Below, piece after piece: positions 18,780 to 29,246 of a DNA stretch of 64,000 bases; position 1 is the stretch's first letter; every line of letters begins with the position of its first letter. A program made the translations under genes and the position numbers. The notes beneath the pieces are model-generated. The model was not told where the DNA came from. It ran no database searches and saw only the letters and a list, made by a program, of their open reading frames with translations. The stretch is from an uncultured delta proteobacterium (GTDB lineage Bacteria > Myxococcota_A > UBA9160 > UBA4427), in the NCBI GenBank assembly GCA_963822965.1, contig CAWGJT010000012.1:416001-480000 (forward strand), given 5' to 3'.

Positions 18780-19463
18780 TCACCCTTCCTCGTTCGATTC
18801 TCCGAGCAGGGGTGCGAGCTTGCTGCGCAGCGCCTGTCGGGCACGGTGGATTCTCGACTTGACGGTGCCTTCGGCCACCCCGAGCACTTCGGCGATCTCG
18901 CCATAGGGGAGGCCCTCGATGTCGTAGAGGAGCACGGGCAATCGCAGGGAGGGCTTCAGGCCGTCGAGCGCCTCCCGGACGGCGCCCGTGAGCTCGATGC
19001 CGCTCGCGGCATCCTCGGGGTCGCGGGGTCCCACGGGCATGTCGTCGCCCGCGGCCTGGCGCACCGCGAGCTTCTGGATGCGCGCTCGATTCCGGCCGAG
19101 GGTGCGACGCCGGTTCAGGGCCGCGTTCGAAGCCACGCGGTAGACGAACGTGGAGAAGCGCGCCTCGCCACGGAATCGGTGCCCGTGGCGATGCAGGCTC
19201 AGGAAGGTCTCCTGCGCCACGTCCTCCGCCTCTTCGCGGTCACCCATCATGCGCAGGAGGAGCCGGAACACCTTCTTCTCGTGACGGCGGATGAGCTGCT
19301 CGAAGGCCATCTCGTCGCCTTCCTGCCAGCGATGCACCAGCTCCGCGTCGGGGTCCTCGATCACGTGCACCGGGGCGCGACCGACGTTCGCGGCCGCCGA
19401 AGTCGCCGAACTCCTTCGGGCGAGCGGGCCGCGCTCAACCATCTCGTATCCAACCGACGTCAT
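18780..19463 (-). CDS. ECF RNA polymerase sigma factor (RpoE-like)
   Basis: DAELV..WQEGDEMAFEQL, AEDVAQETFL, FRGEARFSTFVYRVA, GTVKSRIHRAR; start approximate. Confidence 0.92.
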   Translation of the reverse strand: MTSVGYEMVERGPLARRSSATSAAANVGRAPVHVIEDPDAELVHRWQEGDEMAFEQLIRRHEKKVFRLLLRMMGDREEAEDVAQETFLSLHRHGHRFRGEARFSTFVYRVASNAALNRRRTLGRNRARIQKLAVRQAAGDDMPVGPRDPEDAASGIELTGAVREALDGLKPSLRLPVLLYDIEGLPYGEIAEVLGVAEGTVKSRIHRARQALRSKLAPLLGESNEEG

Positions 19464-19678
19464 GTGGCCGGAAAGAACCCGTTCGGAGGCCCCCGGTTCC
19501 TTCTCGTCGCCGTCACCACCCGAGAGCCGGGGAGCCTCCGGGGACCCCTTCGCCACCTCACCCAGGCCCGGGTCCCAGGACTCCCGCACGGGCGCGAGGG
19601 GCTTGCGCTCGGACGGGGAGCCCGGATGCAGCAGGCCACCGGCGCCGCCCGTCTTCTCGTCGGATCGCCCTTCGCCGC

Positions 19679-20185
19679 TCAAGGGCTCTCTCCGGGCCGG
19701 TGCCAGGTGCCGCTCTTCCCGCCCCGCTTCTCGACCAGGCGGACCGACTCGACGCTCATCCCCCGATCCACCGCCTTGCACATGTCGTAGACGGTGAGCG
19801 CGGCGGCCGACGCGGCCACCAACGCCTCCATCTCCACCCCCGTCTTCCAGTGGGTCTCGACCACCGTCTCGATTCGCAGGGCCGCACCCCCGCCACGGCC
19901 GCCCTGGGGGGCGGGCGTGAGCTCGACCCGCACCGCGTCGAGCGGCAGGGGATGTGCGAGCGGAATCCACTCCGCTGCCCGCTTCGCCGCCTGGATTCCC
20001 GCGATCCGCGCGGTCGCCAGGACGTCCCCCTTGGCGACCTCGCCTGCGCTGATGCGAGCGAGGGTCTCTGGCGCCATGTGCACCTCGCAGCGCGCGACGC
20101 AGACGCGGTGCGTGACCGCCTTGTCGCCGACGTCGACCATGCGGGCACGGCCCCTCTCATCGAGATGGGTCAGGCGACGGTTCAT
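19679..20185 (-). CDS. moaC: Cyclic pyranopterin monophosphate synthase MoaC
   Basis: [51 protein letters not shown]. Confidence 0.96.
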   Translation of the reverse strand: MNRRLTHLDERGRARMVDVGDKAVTHRVCVARCEVHMAPETLARISAGEVAKGDVLATARIAGIQAAKRAAEWIPLAHPLPLDAVRVELTPAPQGGRGGGAALRIETVVETHWKTGVEMEALVAASAAALTVYDMCKAVDRGMSVESVRLVEKRGGKSGTWHRPGESP

Positions 20186-21072
20186 GCGCGGGCGGTCTCC
20201 CGCCGGGCTTCCGCGCCACTCCGGTCCGCCTCACGCGCGCGCAGCCAGGCGAGCAGATCGTCGTACACCTGCTCCTTCTCGGGCTCGTTGAAGATCTCGT
20301 GCCGCAGCCCGGGATAGATCTTCAGGGCGCTGGGCGGCGACGCGCCGGCGGGCAGGCTCGCGAAGAACGCCTCGCTGCCCGCTGCGCTGCACAGCGGATC
20401 CTCGGCCCCGTGGAGCAGCAGCATGGGAACCTCGATCTCGGCGCCTCCCCCGGCCGTCCGTGCGACGGCGTTCATCATCTCCACGGCCAGCGAGGGGGTC
20501 ATGTGCGTATCGACCAGGGGATCCGCCTCGTAGCGGCGCTGCACCTCCGGATCTCGCGAGAGCCCCTCGATGGGCAATCCCGCATCGAGCAGCATCCGGG
20601 GGGCGAGCCGCCGCAGGGCGCGGACCAGCAGCATGCGCGCTCCGCTCATGGCCGGCCCGAGGGACAGCGCGGCGCCGGAGGTGACGAGCGCCGTGATCTC
20701 GGGCTTGCGCTCGCGCGCGAAGGCCGCCGTGATGAGACCTCCCATGCTGTGGCCGACCACGCTGAGAGGCACGCCCGGGTGCTCCTCGCGAACGCACGCC
20801 ACGAAGCCTTCGAGGTCCGCGAGGAAGTCCTCGAAGCGGGACACGTAGTTGCGCGGCCCGGCGGAACGCCCGTGGCCCTGGTGGTCGTAGGCGTGAACCG
20901 CACTGCGCCGTTCGGCCAGCCAGGTGCCCAGGTCTTCGTAGCGACCGCTGTGCTCTCCGAAGCCGTGGACGAGCACGACCACGCGCTCGGGCTCCGGGCA
21001 GGTCCACGAACGACGGAACAGGCGACGGCCCCCGTCGCCCTGGAAGCTTCCCTCGCTGCGCCGGATGCTCAT
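20182..21072 (-). CDS. Lysophospholipase / monoacylglycerol lipase alpha/beta hydrolase
   Basis: [25 protein letters not shown] nucleophile elbow, HEIFNE. Confidence 0.9.
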   Translation of the reverse strand: MSIRRSEGSFQGDGGRRLFRRSWTCPEPERVVVLVHGFGEHSGRYEDLGTWLAERRSAVHAYDHQGHGRSAGPRNYVSRFEDFLADLEGFVACVREEHPGVPLSVVGHSMGGLITAAFARERKPEITALVTSGAALSLGPAMSGARMLLVRALRRLAPRMLLDAGLPIEGLSRDPEVQRRYEADPLVDTHMTPSLAVEMMNAVARTAGGGAEIEVPMLLLHGAEDPLCSAAGSEAFFASLPAGASPPSALKIYPGLRHEIFNEPEKEQVYDDLLAWLRAREADRSGAEARRETARA

Positions 21073-21167
21073 GGGCCTCCCCCCTGGACTGGCCCTCCCC
21101 GTGGGAGAGCCGCTCGGGGAGACTAGCCCCGATCCGACGGAACGATCAGGCGAAGCCCGGCGGGGGA

Positions 21168-21887
21168 TCAGGAACGCCGGTATCGCTGGACCTCGGCGCG
21201 GGCGCTCTGCACCTTCTCGAGATAGGCAACCCCCCGGATCTCCGATCCCCAAAAGTAGGCGGAGATGCCCGCGTCCTCGCCGAGCCGCCGGATGTTGCTG
21301 GCCAGGATGAAGCAGCCGGCCTCGATGTTGCTCTCGATCGTCGCGGCGTTTCCGGCCAGCCCCAGGGGCTCCATCATGTGCGGCATCACCTGCATCAGTC
21401 CCACCGCTCCCTTGGGGCTGCGCACCCAGGGTCGCGCGGTGCTCTCGACCAGGAGGACCGCCGTGACGAGCTCCGGGTCGAGCTCGTACTTCGCGCTGTA
21501 GCGCATCACCGCCGAGGCGATCCGGGAGAGCTCGCTGGGAGCCAGGCTGGGATTGACCGATCCGAGCAGACCGGCGAGGGCCGCGGCGTCGAGGTCGGGG
21601 GAGCTCGGCGGCACCGTGGCCTCGGACGCAGGAGCCGCGCTGACGGCGGGCAGCAGCCCGCGCAGATCGGTCGAAGGCAGCCCATCCACGCCGCTATCGA
21701 TCGACCAGAGACCGAGCGCGACGAGCAGGACCATCTGGAGGCGCGCGAGCCGCGGCCGTGCCGCACTCTTCTGCACGCTCTCGACCGTCGTGCTCTCGGG
21801 CTTCACGCTCCCGACGGCGCCCGGCGACGACTCGCCAGGAGTCGACCGATCGGGCTGCAAAGCCGGACGCCGGGGGACACGCCGCAT
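21168..21887 (-). CDS. Lytic transglycosylase (SLT domain) protein
   Basis: LDPELVTAVLLVES, SPKGAVGLMQVMP, NIEAGC; TM segment before the domain; start uncertain (alternative ATG 22145). Confidence 0.8.
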   Translation of the reverse strand: MRRVPRRPALQPDRSTPGESSPGAVGSVKPESTTVESVQKSAARPRLARLQMVLLVALGLWSIDSGVDGLPSTDLRGLLPAVSAAPASEATVPPSSPDLDAAALAGLLGSVNPSLAPSELSRIASAVMRYSAKYELDPELVTAVLLVESTARPWVRSPKGAVGLMQVMPHMMEPLGLAGNAATIESNIEAGCFILASNIRRLGEDAGISAYFWGSEIRGVAYLEKVQSARAEVQRYRRS

Positions 21888-22382
21888 GGTGGGGGCCTCT
21901 TCTGCTTGCGGGCTCTGCTCCGGACAGCGCCTGGAGGGAACGAGCACGTCGGTGTTCCGGGTTGGGGGTCTGCGGGATCCGACGGTGTGCGCCATCCACC
22001 GAATCCACGCGCTCCGCTGCTTCGATCCACGTGTGTCGACCGTTCCGGTCGACTTGCGAATCCAGCTTCGACTTCGTCTTCGGGCTTCGGATGCTCTTCC
22101 GGCTTCCTCTCCCGTCTCTTCTCCAGGAACTCTCCACCGCCACATGCTCGCCAAGCGCTTCGCCAAGCGCTCTCCGAGCTCGCTTCGCTGTGAGCTCTCT
22201 TCCGTGAGCTCTCGTCCGACTCTGTGCGTCGTGTCTCGCAGTCTGGTCCTTCTGCAGTCTGCCCGACCACCGCCCCATGGGGGAGTCGGACGGCACAGAG
22301 GATACTCGACGCCGGGTCGGCTTTCATCCTCCCCCGATACTGCGCGACAACTGCACGCGAGCGTCATGAAATGACGTTTCGA

Positions 22383-22412
22383 TTGACCCCGGATTTCGCC
22401 CGGTGATAGGAT
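22383..22412 (+). promoter_or_regulatory. Possible sigma70 promoter for the sensor kinase
   Basis: TTGACC-18 nt-TAGGAT. Confidence 0.4.
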
Positions 22413-22446
22413 GCCCCCGCCCAATGCATCGAGACGCTGCAGACGA

Positions 22447-23943
22447 ATGACGCTTCGCTCCCCGCAAATTCGCAGCATCCCGACCCACGAGATTCTCGAA
22501 GGGCTCTCCCGCCTCCACCCGTTCGTGTTGCTGGCCGACCGTGACGGCCGCATCGAGTGGATGAGCTCGCGCCTCCAGGATCGGCTTCGCAAGAAGGGAC
22601 CGGAGGCCGCCTGCGCAGCGAGCGGCGAGGATCGGATCGGTCGCCTGCTGGCGCAGCTCCCGGAGCGCCGGCAGCTCGAGGCGCTGTGTGCCGATCTGCA
22701 CGCGGATGGAGGCGCAGGAAGCGTGCGACTCGACATCGGCACCGCGCACGGAACGCGGATCCGGGTCGAGGCCAGCGCCTTCACGGTGGAGGTCGACACG
22801 CCGAACGACCCGCACTACGTGGTGATCGCTCGTCCCGAGGGCGAAGGCGAGCAGAACGCGCGCGAGCTCAGCGGCGCCGTCGATCTACTCTCGCAGATCG
22901 TGGACCGCTCGCCCAACGGCGTCCTGGCGACCGACCGATCCGGCTACATCACCTATGCGAACCCGCGCGCGGCCGAGTTCCTGGGCCACGCGGCGGAGGA
23001 CCTCGTCGGCCGCCCGGTGGCCATCTTCCTGCCGCGGTCGACCGGCTTCGAGGATCTGCTCGAGCGCCTCCGTCACCCCATGGGCTGGGACGGAGAAGAG
23101 ATGGAGCGGATCGACGCCCGCGGACACAGCACCCGGGTCTCGATCTCGACGCGCCCCCTGCTCGGGAGCGAAGGGCGGCCGGCCGGCGTGATCACCTACC
23201 TGCGCGACGTCACGCGCCGGCACCAGGTGCAACGCGAGCTCGAGCGAAAGAACCTCGAGCTCGAGAGCTACGTCGACAGCGTGGCCCACGACCTCCGCTC
23301 TCCGTTGGTGTCGCTGCTGGGCTTCACGCACCTGCTGAAGCAGGACTACGAGGACGTCCTGGACGAGCAGGGCAACCACTTCCTGGATCGCGTCGAGCAG
23401 GCGGGGCGCACGATGGACGCGCTGATCCACGACCTCCTCGAGCTCACGCGCATCCGGAGGGCCGGCGAGATTCGCGCCCTGCTCGATCCCCGATCGGTGC
23501 TGCTGCAGGTGGAAGCCGAGCTCAAGCTGCGGATGGAGGAGCACGGGGTGGCGGTGACACTGCCCAGCGATCCGCCCATGATGCGCGTCGACGCCACGCA
23601 CCTCTACCAGGTCTTCTCGAATCTGATCGGAAACGCGCTCTGCCACGGCTTCGGCGGCGAGCGCGGGACCTCCGCACCCCCTCGCATCGAGATCGAGATC
23701 CGTGAGCAGGAGGCCGGAGATGAGATCGTGGTCTCCGACAACGGATGCGGAATCGCCCCGGAGGACCAGGAGCGCATCTTCGAGGTGTTCCGAACGGGTC
23801 GGGGCGTGCGGCGCGGCGAGCGCTCCCACGGCATCGGCCTCGCGATCGTCAAGAAGATCGCCGAGGCGCACGACGGTCGCGTCTGGGTGGAGAGCCGACC
23901 CGGCGAGGGCGCCAGCTTCCACGTCCTGTTTCCGCACGAGTGA
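22447..23943 (+). CDS. Cytoplasmic PAS-domain sensor histidine kinase (no adjacent response regulator)
   Basis: PAS regions, H-box SVAHDLRSPL, N-box QVFSNLIGNA, DNGCGI, GIGLAIVKKI. Confidence 0.93.
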   Translation: MTLRSPQIRSIPTHEILEGLSRLHPFVLLADRDGRIEWMSSRLQDRLRKKGPEAACAASGEDRIGRLLAQLPERRQLEALCADLHADGGAGSVRLDIGTAHGTRIRVEASAFTVEVDTPNDPHYVVIARPEGEGEQNARELSGAVDLLSQIVDRSPNGVLATDRSGYITYANPRAAEFLGHAAEDLVGRPVAIFLPRSTGFEDLLERLRHPMGWDGEEMERIDARGHSTRVSISTRPLLGSEGRPAGVITYLRDVTRRHQVQRELERKNLELESYVDSVAHDLRSPLVSLLGFTHLLKQDYEDVLDEQGNHFLDRVEQAGRTMDALIHDLLELTRIRRAGEIRALLDPRSVLLQVEAELKLRMEEHGVAVTLPSDPPMMRVDATHLYQVFSNLIGNALCHGFGGERGTSAPPRIEIEIREQEAGDEIVVSDNGCGIAPEDQERIFEVFRTGRGVRRGERSHGIGLAIVKKIAEAHDGRVWVESRPGEGASFHVLFPHE

Positions 23944-23987
23944 AGGTCGCGCCGCTCCCGCACGAGTGAAGGTCGCGCCGCTCCCGC
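23932..23987 (+). repeat. 26-bp tandem duplication spanning the kinase stop codon
   Basis: CCGCACGAGTGAAGGTCGCGCCGCTC x2. Confidence 0.9.
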
Positions 23988-24063
23988 GAGCGAGGGGGGC
24001 GGGCGCCCTCCGAGCCGCGGCCTGCTTGCCCGGGAACCTGCGGTCCCGTAGCCTGCGCCCACC

Positions 24064-24822
24064 TTGTACCCCGAGCTCTTCCGAATCCCCTATCTCGATT
24101 ACCCCATCAGCACGTTCGGCGTGATGATGGCCCTCGCCTTCCTCACCGGATTCTGGATCACGGCGAAGCGGATGGAGGAAGAGGGGCTCGACCCCGAGCT
24201 CGCCTCCACGCTGCTCGTCTACGCGATGTTCGGGGGGCTGCTGGGCTCGAAGCTCTACTACGCGATCGACGTCGGGCTGCGCACCGGGGCGCCCTTCAGC
24301 GAGCTCTTCTTCTCGCGCGCCGGCATCACCTGGTACGGCGGGCTGCTGGGCGGCACGCTGGCCTGCTACATCGGGGCGCGAATCCACCGCGTCAGCTTCC
24401 TCACGCTGGCGAACTGCTCGGCGACCACGTTGGCCGTCGGGCAGGCCCTGGGCCGGGTCGGCTGCTTCCTCGTGGGCGACGACTACGGCCGGCCGACCGA
24501 TCTGCCCTGGGCGGTCGCCTTTCCCCAGGGCGCCCCGCCCACCGACGAGCCCGTCCACCCCACGCAGCTCTACGAGGTCGCGTGGCTCCTGCCCGTGGCG
24601 GCGTTCCTCTGGTGGCGGCGCAAGCGCAGCCCGTTCGTGTTCGGCGAGTACCTGATCGCCAACGGCGCCGGACGGATGGTGATCGAGCAGTGGCGCGTGA
24701 ACCCGGAAGTCGCTCTCGGCCTGACCGAGCCCCAGTGGATCGGGGTCGCGCTGGTGGTCGCCGGCGTGGCGGGGTGGCTCTACTTCTACGCAAGGCAGCA
24801 GGCCGGCCGCGCCGTCGTGTGA
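24064..24822 (+). CDS. lgt: Prolipoprotein diacylglyceryl transferase
   Basis: MYPELF, GITWYGGLLGG, GRVGCFLVGDDYG, HPTQLYE; multiple TM segments; TTG start. Confidence 0.92.
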   Translation: MYPELFRIPYLDYPISTFGVMMALAFLTGFWITAKRMEEEGLDPELASTLLVYAMFGGLLGSKLYYAIDVGLRTGAPFSELFFSRAGITWYGGLLGGTLACYIGARIHRVSFLTLANCSATTLAVGQALGRVGCFLVGDDYGRPTDLPWAVAFPQGAPPTDEPVHPTQLYEVAWLLPVAAFLWWRRKRSPFVFGEYLIANGAGRMVIEQWRVNPEVALGLTEPQWIGVALVVAGVAGWLYFYARQQAGRAVV

Positions 24823-24826
24823 GCGG

Positions 24827-24877
24827 CGGCCTCAGGCGGACGCGATCTTCTTCGGCCTCAGGCGGACGCGATCTTCT
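24827..24877 (+). repeat. 26-bp tandem duplication spanning the stop codon of the minus-strand gene
   Basis: CGGCCTCAGGCGGACGCGATCTTCT(T) x2; both copies read KIASA* on the minus strand. Confidence 0.9.
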
Positions 24878-25843
24878 CCAGCCGGATCGCGACCTCCCGC
24901 GCCTCGCGCAAGAGCTCCGGGTGCTTCGCGGGGGCCACCAGGGTCGGCATCCTCCTCAGCACCGCGGAGGCCAGCTCGACCCCCACGTTCACGGGACGGG
25001 GCGAGTCGAGCCAGACGCGGAGCGAACGAACTCCCTCGGCATGGTCGCCGTCGAGAAAGGCGCACATGCCCCGCGCGTAGGCCTCGAGGGGCACGAGCTC
25101 CAGCTCGGCCTCCTCCGGTGCGTCGTCCCCCCCGTTCGCTCCCGGGCCTCTCGGATGAGCGAGATCGCCTCCCGGAAGTGCGCGCTCTCGAGATGGGAGC
25201 GAATCGCGTGGAGGTACGCGGTCGCGACGTGACGGTGGACGCGAGCGAGCAGCGCCAGCGCGCCCTCGGGATAGACCGCCTGCACCTCGGACGGGTGCTC
25301 CAGCAGGAAGCGCGTCACCAGGCCGAGGGCGATGGCGGCTCCGGGGGACGACTCGGCGTGCACCACGGCCTCCTCGAGCAGCGCCACCAGCAGCCGGCGG
25401 GTCTGCTCGAGCAGGGTCTCCGTCTCGCGAAGCGACTCCCCGAGCCGGGCGGATGCGGCGCGGATGATCTTCTCGAACTCCGTCAGCAGCTCGTCGGAGC
25501 CACCGTTCTCGGCTTCGCGGAGCGCGCGCACCCTCGGCCCGTAGACCTCGAGCTGGTACAGGTTCTCGCGAAACTTCAGGGCCTCGTGAAAGAGCGAGCC
25601 CACCGCCAGATCGAAGAGCGCCTCGCCCCGCCGGACGGGAAGCTCGGGGTTGCGGTCCCGGAACAGCCAGTGCACCCGCTCCTTCAGTCGGAAGAGGACG
25701 CTCGAGTCGCTGTCCGCGACCACGGCCTTCACCTCGTCGAAGTGCAGCGAGCCCGCGCGGAAGCGCTCGAACATCTGCGCGAAGCGCTGGTGCACGGTGA
25801 CGAAGTCGCGGACGATGTCGACGAGGCCAGCACGAGCGGCCAT
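24858..25843 (-). CDS. Hypothetical helical protein (frameshift near 25115)
   Basis: LFRLKE..LFDLAVGSLFHEALKFRENLYQL; ORFs 24989-25843 and 24858-25094 join as one plausible gene. Confidence 0.65.
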
Positions 25844-25903
25844 GTCGGGTTCTCCTTGCCTGCGGCCCCTCCCGGTCTCACCCGGGAAGGCCGGCCTCGG
25901 ACA

Positions 25904-26200
25904 TCAAGCGCGGAAGCGAGAGGTCTCCGGGGCCAACACCAGATCCGACGAGCTCTCCGGATGGAGCTTGCGGGCCCGGGTGAAGAGCAGCCCCTCGGGC
26001 TCCACGTTGTTGGGGTCCGGGACGCAGCAGTCGACGGGACACACCGCCGCGCACTGCTCGGTATCGTGGAAGCCGACGCACTCGGTGCACCGCTCGGGGT
26101 CGATCTGGAAGCCCTCGCGCCCCTCGTGGATGGCCTGGTTGGGACACTCGGGCTCACACACTCCGCAGTGGATGCACAACTCGGTGATCATCGTCGACAT
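25904..26200 (-). CDS. YfhL-family 2[4Fe-4S] ferredoxin
   Basis: CIHCGVCEPECPN and CTECVGFHDTEQCAAVCPVDC. Confidence 0.92.
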   Translation of the reverse strand: MSTMITELCIHCGVCEPECPNQAIHEGREGFQIDPERCTECVGFHDTEQCAAVCPVDCCVPDPNNVEPEGLLFTRARKLHPESSSDLVLAPETSRFRA

Positions 26201-26657
26201 CGCCGCGCCACCCCTCGCCGAGCCGGAACCTCCGCTCCGTCCGAAATCGTCGCAGACCATCCCTCATCGGGCAGGTCCAGGACCACCCTGAACCGACGCG
26301 CGCCTGGCGAGCTCCCGGGCGGGCGCCGGACAGATCCCGCGGGGCCCCATTGGCACCCGATCCCCGGGGCTCCCGTGGCGCCGTTCCAGACACCGTCTCA
26401 GGGGCTATCCTACGCCTCACGCGTCCTTCTGGATGCCGCTCCGGGTTGCTTGTTGGCCCCGGCGGAGTCGCCTACTTTCGGAGCCCGCGCCCGGCTCCCG
26501 GTCGAGAAGGCCCGAAGCGTCTCCAGCCAGAAGCGTGCCCGCGGGAGGTCCTACGGCGCCCGAGGGGGCCCGAACCAGCGAAGTGCCACTCCCGAGCCAC
26601 GGGACCCCGTTCGCACCCCTGCGAGGCCCGTAGGCCCTGCCAGACGAGGAATCCGAG

Positions 26658-28351
26658 ATGAGCGAGCCTGAACGCGAGAGCATGGAAGTCGACGTCCTCT
26701 TCGTCGGAGCCGGACCGGCCACCCTGGCGTCCGCCTACCACCTGATGAAGGAGGTCGAACGGCACAACGAGCAGGCGGAAGCCCAGGGGCGCCCCCCGTC
26801 GAGCCGCCCACGGTGCTCGTCATCGAGAAGGGTGCCGGCGTGGGCGACCACCAGCTCTCCGGTGGCGTCATGAACCCGCGCGCGATCCGGGAGCTGATCC
26901 CGGACTTCGTCGAGCAGGGGTTCCCGACGGAGTACGTCTGCGACGACGCCGCCTTCATGGCGTTCCTGCCCGGCATGGCGATCCGCTCTCCCGTGACGCC
27001 GCCGAACTTCCAGAAGAAGGGCTACCACGTCGTCTCCCTGTCCAACGTCGTGAAGTGGCTGGCCGAGAAGTGCGAGGCGCTGGGCGTCGAGATCTACCCC
27101 GGCTTCGCAGGGGCGGAGCTCCTGACCGAAGGCGATCGCGTGATCGGCGTCCGCACCGGGGACATGGGCATCGACAAGGATGGTAAGCCCAAGGCCAACT
27201 ACCAGCCGGGGATGGACATCGTCGCCCGGGTGACCGTGCTGGGAGAGGGGGTCCGCGGCAGCCTCACGAAGGAGCTCATCCGACGCTTCGAGCTGCAGGG
27301 CGAGAACCCGGACACGTACGAGACCGGAATCAAGGAGATCTGGCGGGTCAAGCCCGAGAACCACAAGCCGGGTCGCGTGATCCACGGCAGCGAGTTCCCC
27401 CGCTTCTTCTCCGAGCCCCACGGCATGTGGCTCTACGACATGAAGGACAACCTCGTGTCCTTCGGCTTCGTGACGCCACTCAACAGCGAGTCGCCGCACA
27501 ACGACCCGCACCTCAACGCCCAGAAGTTCAAGACCCATCCGTTCATGCGGAAGCTGCTCGAAGGCGCCGAGCTGGTGCGCTACGGCGCCAAGTGCATCCC
27601 GACGGGCGGTCTCTACGGGCAGCCCAAGCTCTACTGCAACGGCGCGATGCTCGTCGGCGATTCGGCCAACTTCTGCAACATCTACAAGCTCGCGGGCATC
27701 CACATGGCGATCAAGTCGGGCATGATGGCGGCGGAGACCATCGTCGACGGCCTGCTGGCCAGCGACTTCTCCGCCAAGACCCTGGGCGCCTATACCGAGC
27801 GCTACAAGGCGAGCTGGGCGTACGAGGAGCATCTCGAGGGCCGCAACTTCACGGGCTCGATGGAGATCAGCCCGCTCTTCTTCATGGGCGTCAACATGCC
27901 CCTGATGATGATCACGGGCGGCCGCGGCCTGATGGATCCGATCCACACCCACCCCGGGCACAAGGCCATGAAGAAGCTGTGGGAGCTCCCCCGGGAGAAG
28001 CGGGAGAAGGAGCCCTTCGAGTTCGACGGCGTGCTGACCTTCAGCAAGGAGCATCTCGTCGGCTTCAGCGGGACCACCCACGAGGCGGACCAGGTGCCCC
28101 ATCTGCACGTCTCGGACACCGACCTGTGCGCGACCACCTGCGCGGAGGAGTACGGCAACCCGTGCGAGAACTTCTGCCCGGCGGCCGTCTACGAGATGGT
28201 TCCCGACACGGCCAACCCGGGGAAGAACAAGCTCTTCATCCACCACGAGAACTGCGTCCACTGCAAGACCTGCGACATCGCCGACCCCTATCAGGTGATC
28301 ACGTGGACGACGCCCCAGGGCGGCGAAGGACCCGACTACACGAACATGTAG
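26658..28351 (+). CDS. Electron transfer flavoprotein-ubiquinone oxidoreductase (frameshift near 26797)
   Basis: RESMEVDVLFVGAGPA, VIEKG, GVRTGDMG, GIHMAIKSGM, FCPAAVYE, NCVHCKTCDI. Confidence 0.93.
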
Positions 28352-28362
28352 GAGGGATCGCC

Positions 28363-28388
28363 CCGGGAGGTCGAAACCGACCTCCCGG
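28363..28388. terminator. GC-rich hairpin between convergent genes
   Basis: CCGGGAGGTCG-AAAC-CGACCTCCCGG, 11-bp perfect stem. Confidence 0.55.
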
Positions 28389-28402
28389 AGACCGAAGCCG
28401 GC

Positions 28403-29236
28403 TCAGTCGATTCCCGCGGCGGCGAGCGCGTCTGCCAGAAGCGCCTGGTCTTCCTCCCGGGCCGTCACCCGCAAGGTGGCGGCCCGGGTCGTATCGTCCC
28501 CGGGAAACTCCGTTCCACCGTTGCTGCGCGCGACGCCACCGGCCTCGACCGCGAGCAGCACCCCGATCCGGCCGCGGATGCTGATGCCGATTCCGTCGCC
28601 GCTGGACACCCTCAGCCCGGCACGCACCCCCGGAATCAGCGGCGCGATCGCGATGGCGCCGCCGCAGGCGGGGACCACCTCGCAGCCGGCGGCCCGGAGG
28701 GACGAGACGCACGGGGCCGGAAGCTCGTGGGAGACCAGAACGCGGGTGCCACCGGTCTGCAGGCGGGCGGGCCGAAGAGGCCCCCCGGCACGCGCGCGGA
28801 AGACCCCCGCACCCCGGGCGCCGGCGAAGAGCATCCCCTCGCGCGGCAGCGCGATGAGCCCCGCCTCGTACCGACCCCGCACGACGAGCCCGACCATCAC
28901 CGCGTAGGGTCCCTTGCCCTCGAGGTACGAGTGCAGGGTGCCGTCGATGGGATCGATCACCACCCGGGCCTCGCCCTTCTCGGGGAAGCGAGCGACCGTG
29001 GGCGTGTCCTCTTCCGCGGCGACGCAGACCCCGGGAAAGTGCTCGTAGACGCACGCGAGCACGGCCTCCTGGGCGCGCGTGTCCGCTTCGGTGAGCGCCT
29101 GCTTGGCCAGGCCCGTCTCATGGCGCTTCGGCACGTTCGCCACGGCGCCTTCCAGGGAACGCGCGAGGCGCGCCGCCTCGCCCACCCCGGGCGCGAGCAG
29201 GCGGATGAAGTCGCTGCCGGCGATGGTGTCCTGCAT
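28403..29236 (-). CDS. Inositol monophosphatase family protein
   Basis: LTEAD, AEED, VIDPIDGT motif. Confidence 0.8.
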   Translation of the reverse strand: MQDTIAGSDFIRLLAPGVGEAARLARSLEGAVANVPKRHETGLAKQALTEADTRAQEAVLACVYEHFPGVCVAAEEDTPTVARFPEKGEARVVIDPIDGTLHSYLEGKGPYAVMVGLVVRGRYEAGLIALPREGMLFAGARGAGVFRARAGGPLRPARLQTGGTRVLVSHELPAPCVSSLRAAGCEVVPACGGAIAIAPLIPGVRAGLRVSSGDGIGISIRGRIGVLLAVEAGGVARSNGGTEFPGDDTTRAATLRVTAREEDQALLADALAAAGID

Positions 29237-29246
29237 GGACGCCCGG

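Noticed and set aside
26201..26657. Possible 6S or other RNA in the ferredoxin/ETF-QO intergenic region
   Set aside because: Only a plausible promoter (TTGTTG-17-TACTTT) is visible; I could not trace a convincing long rod or known motif.
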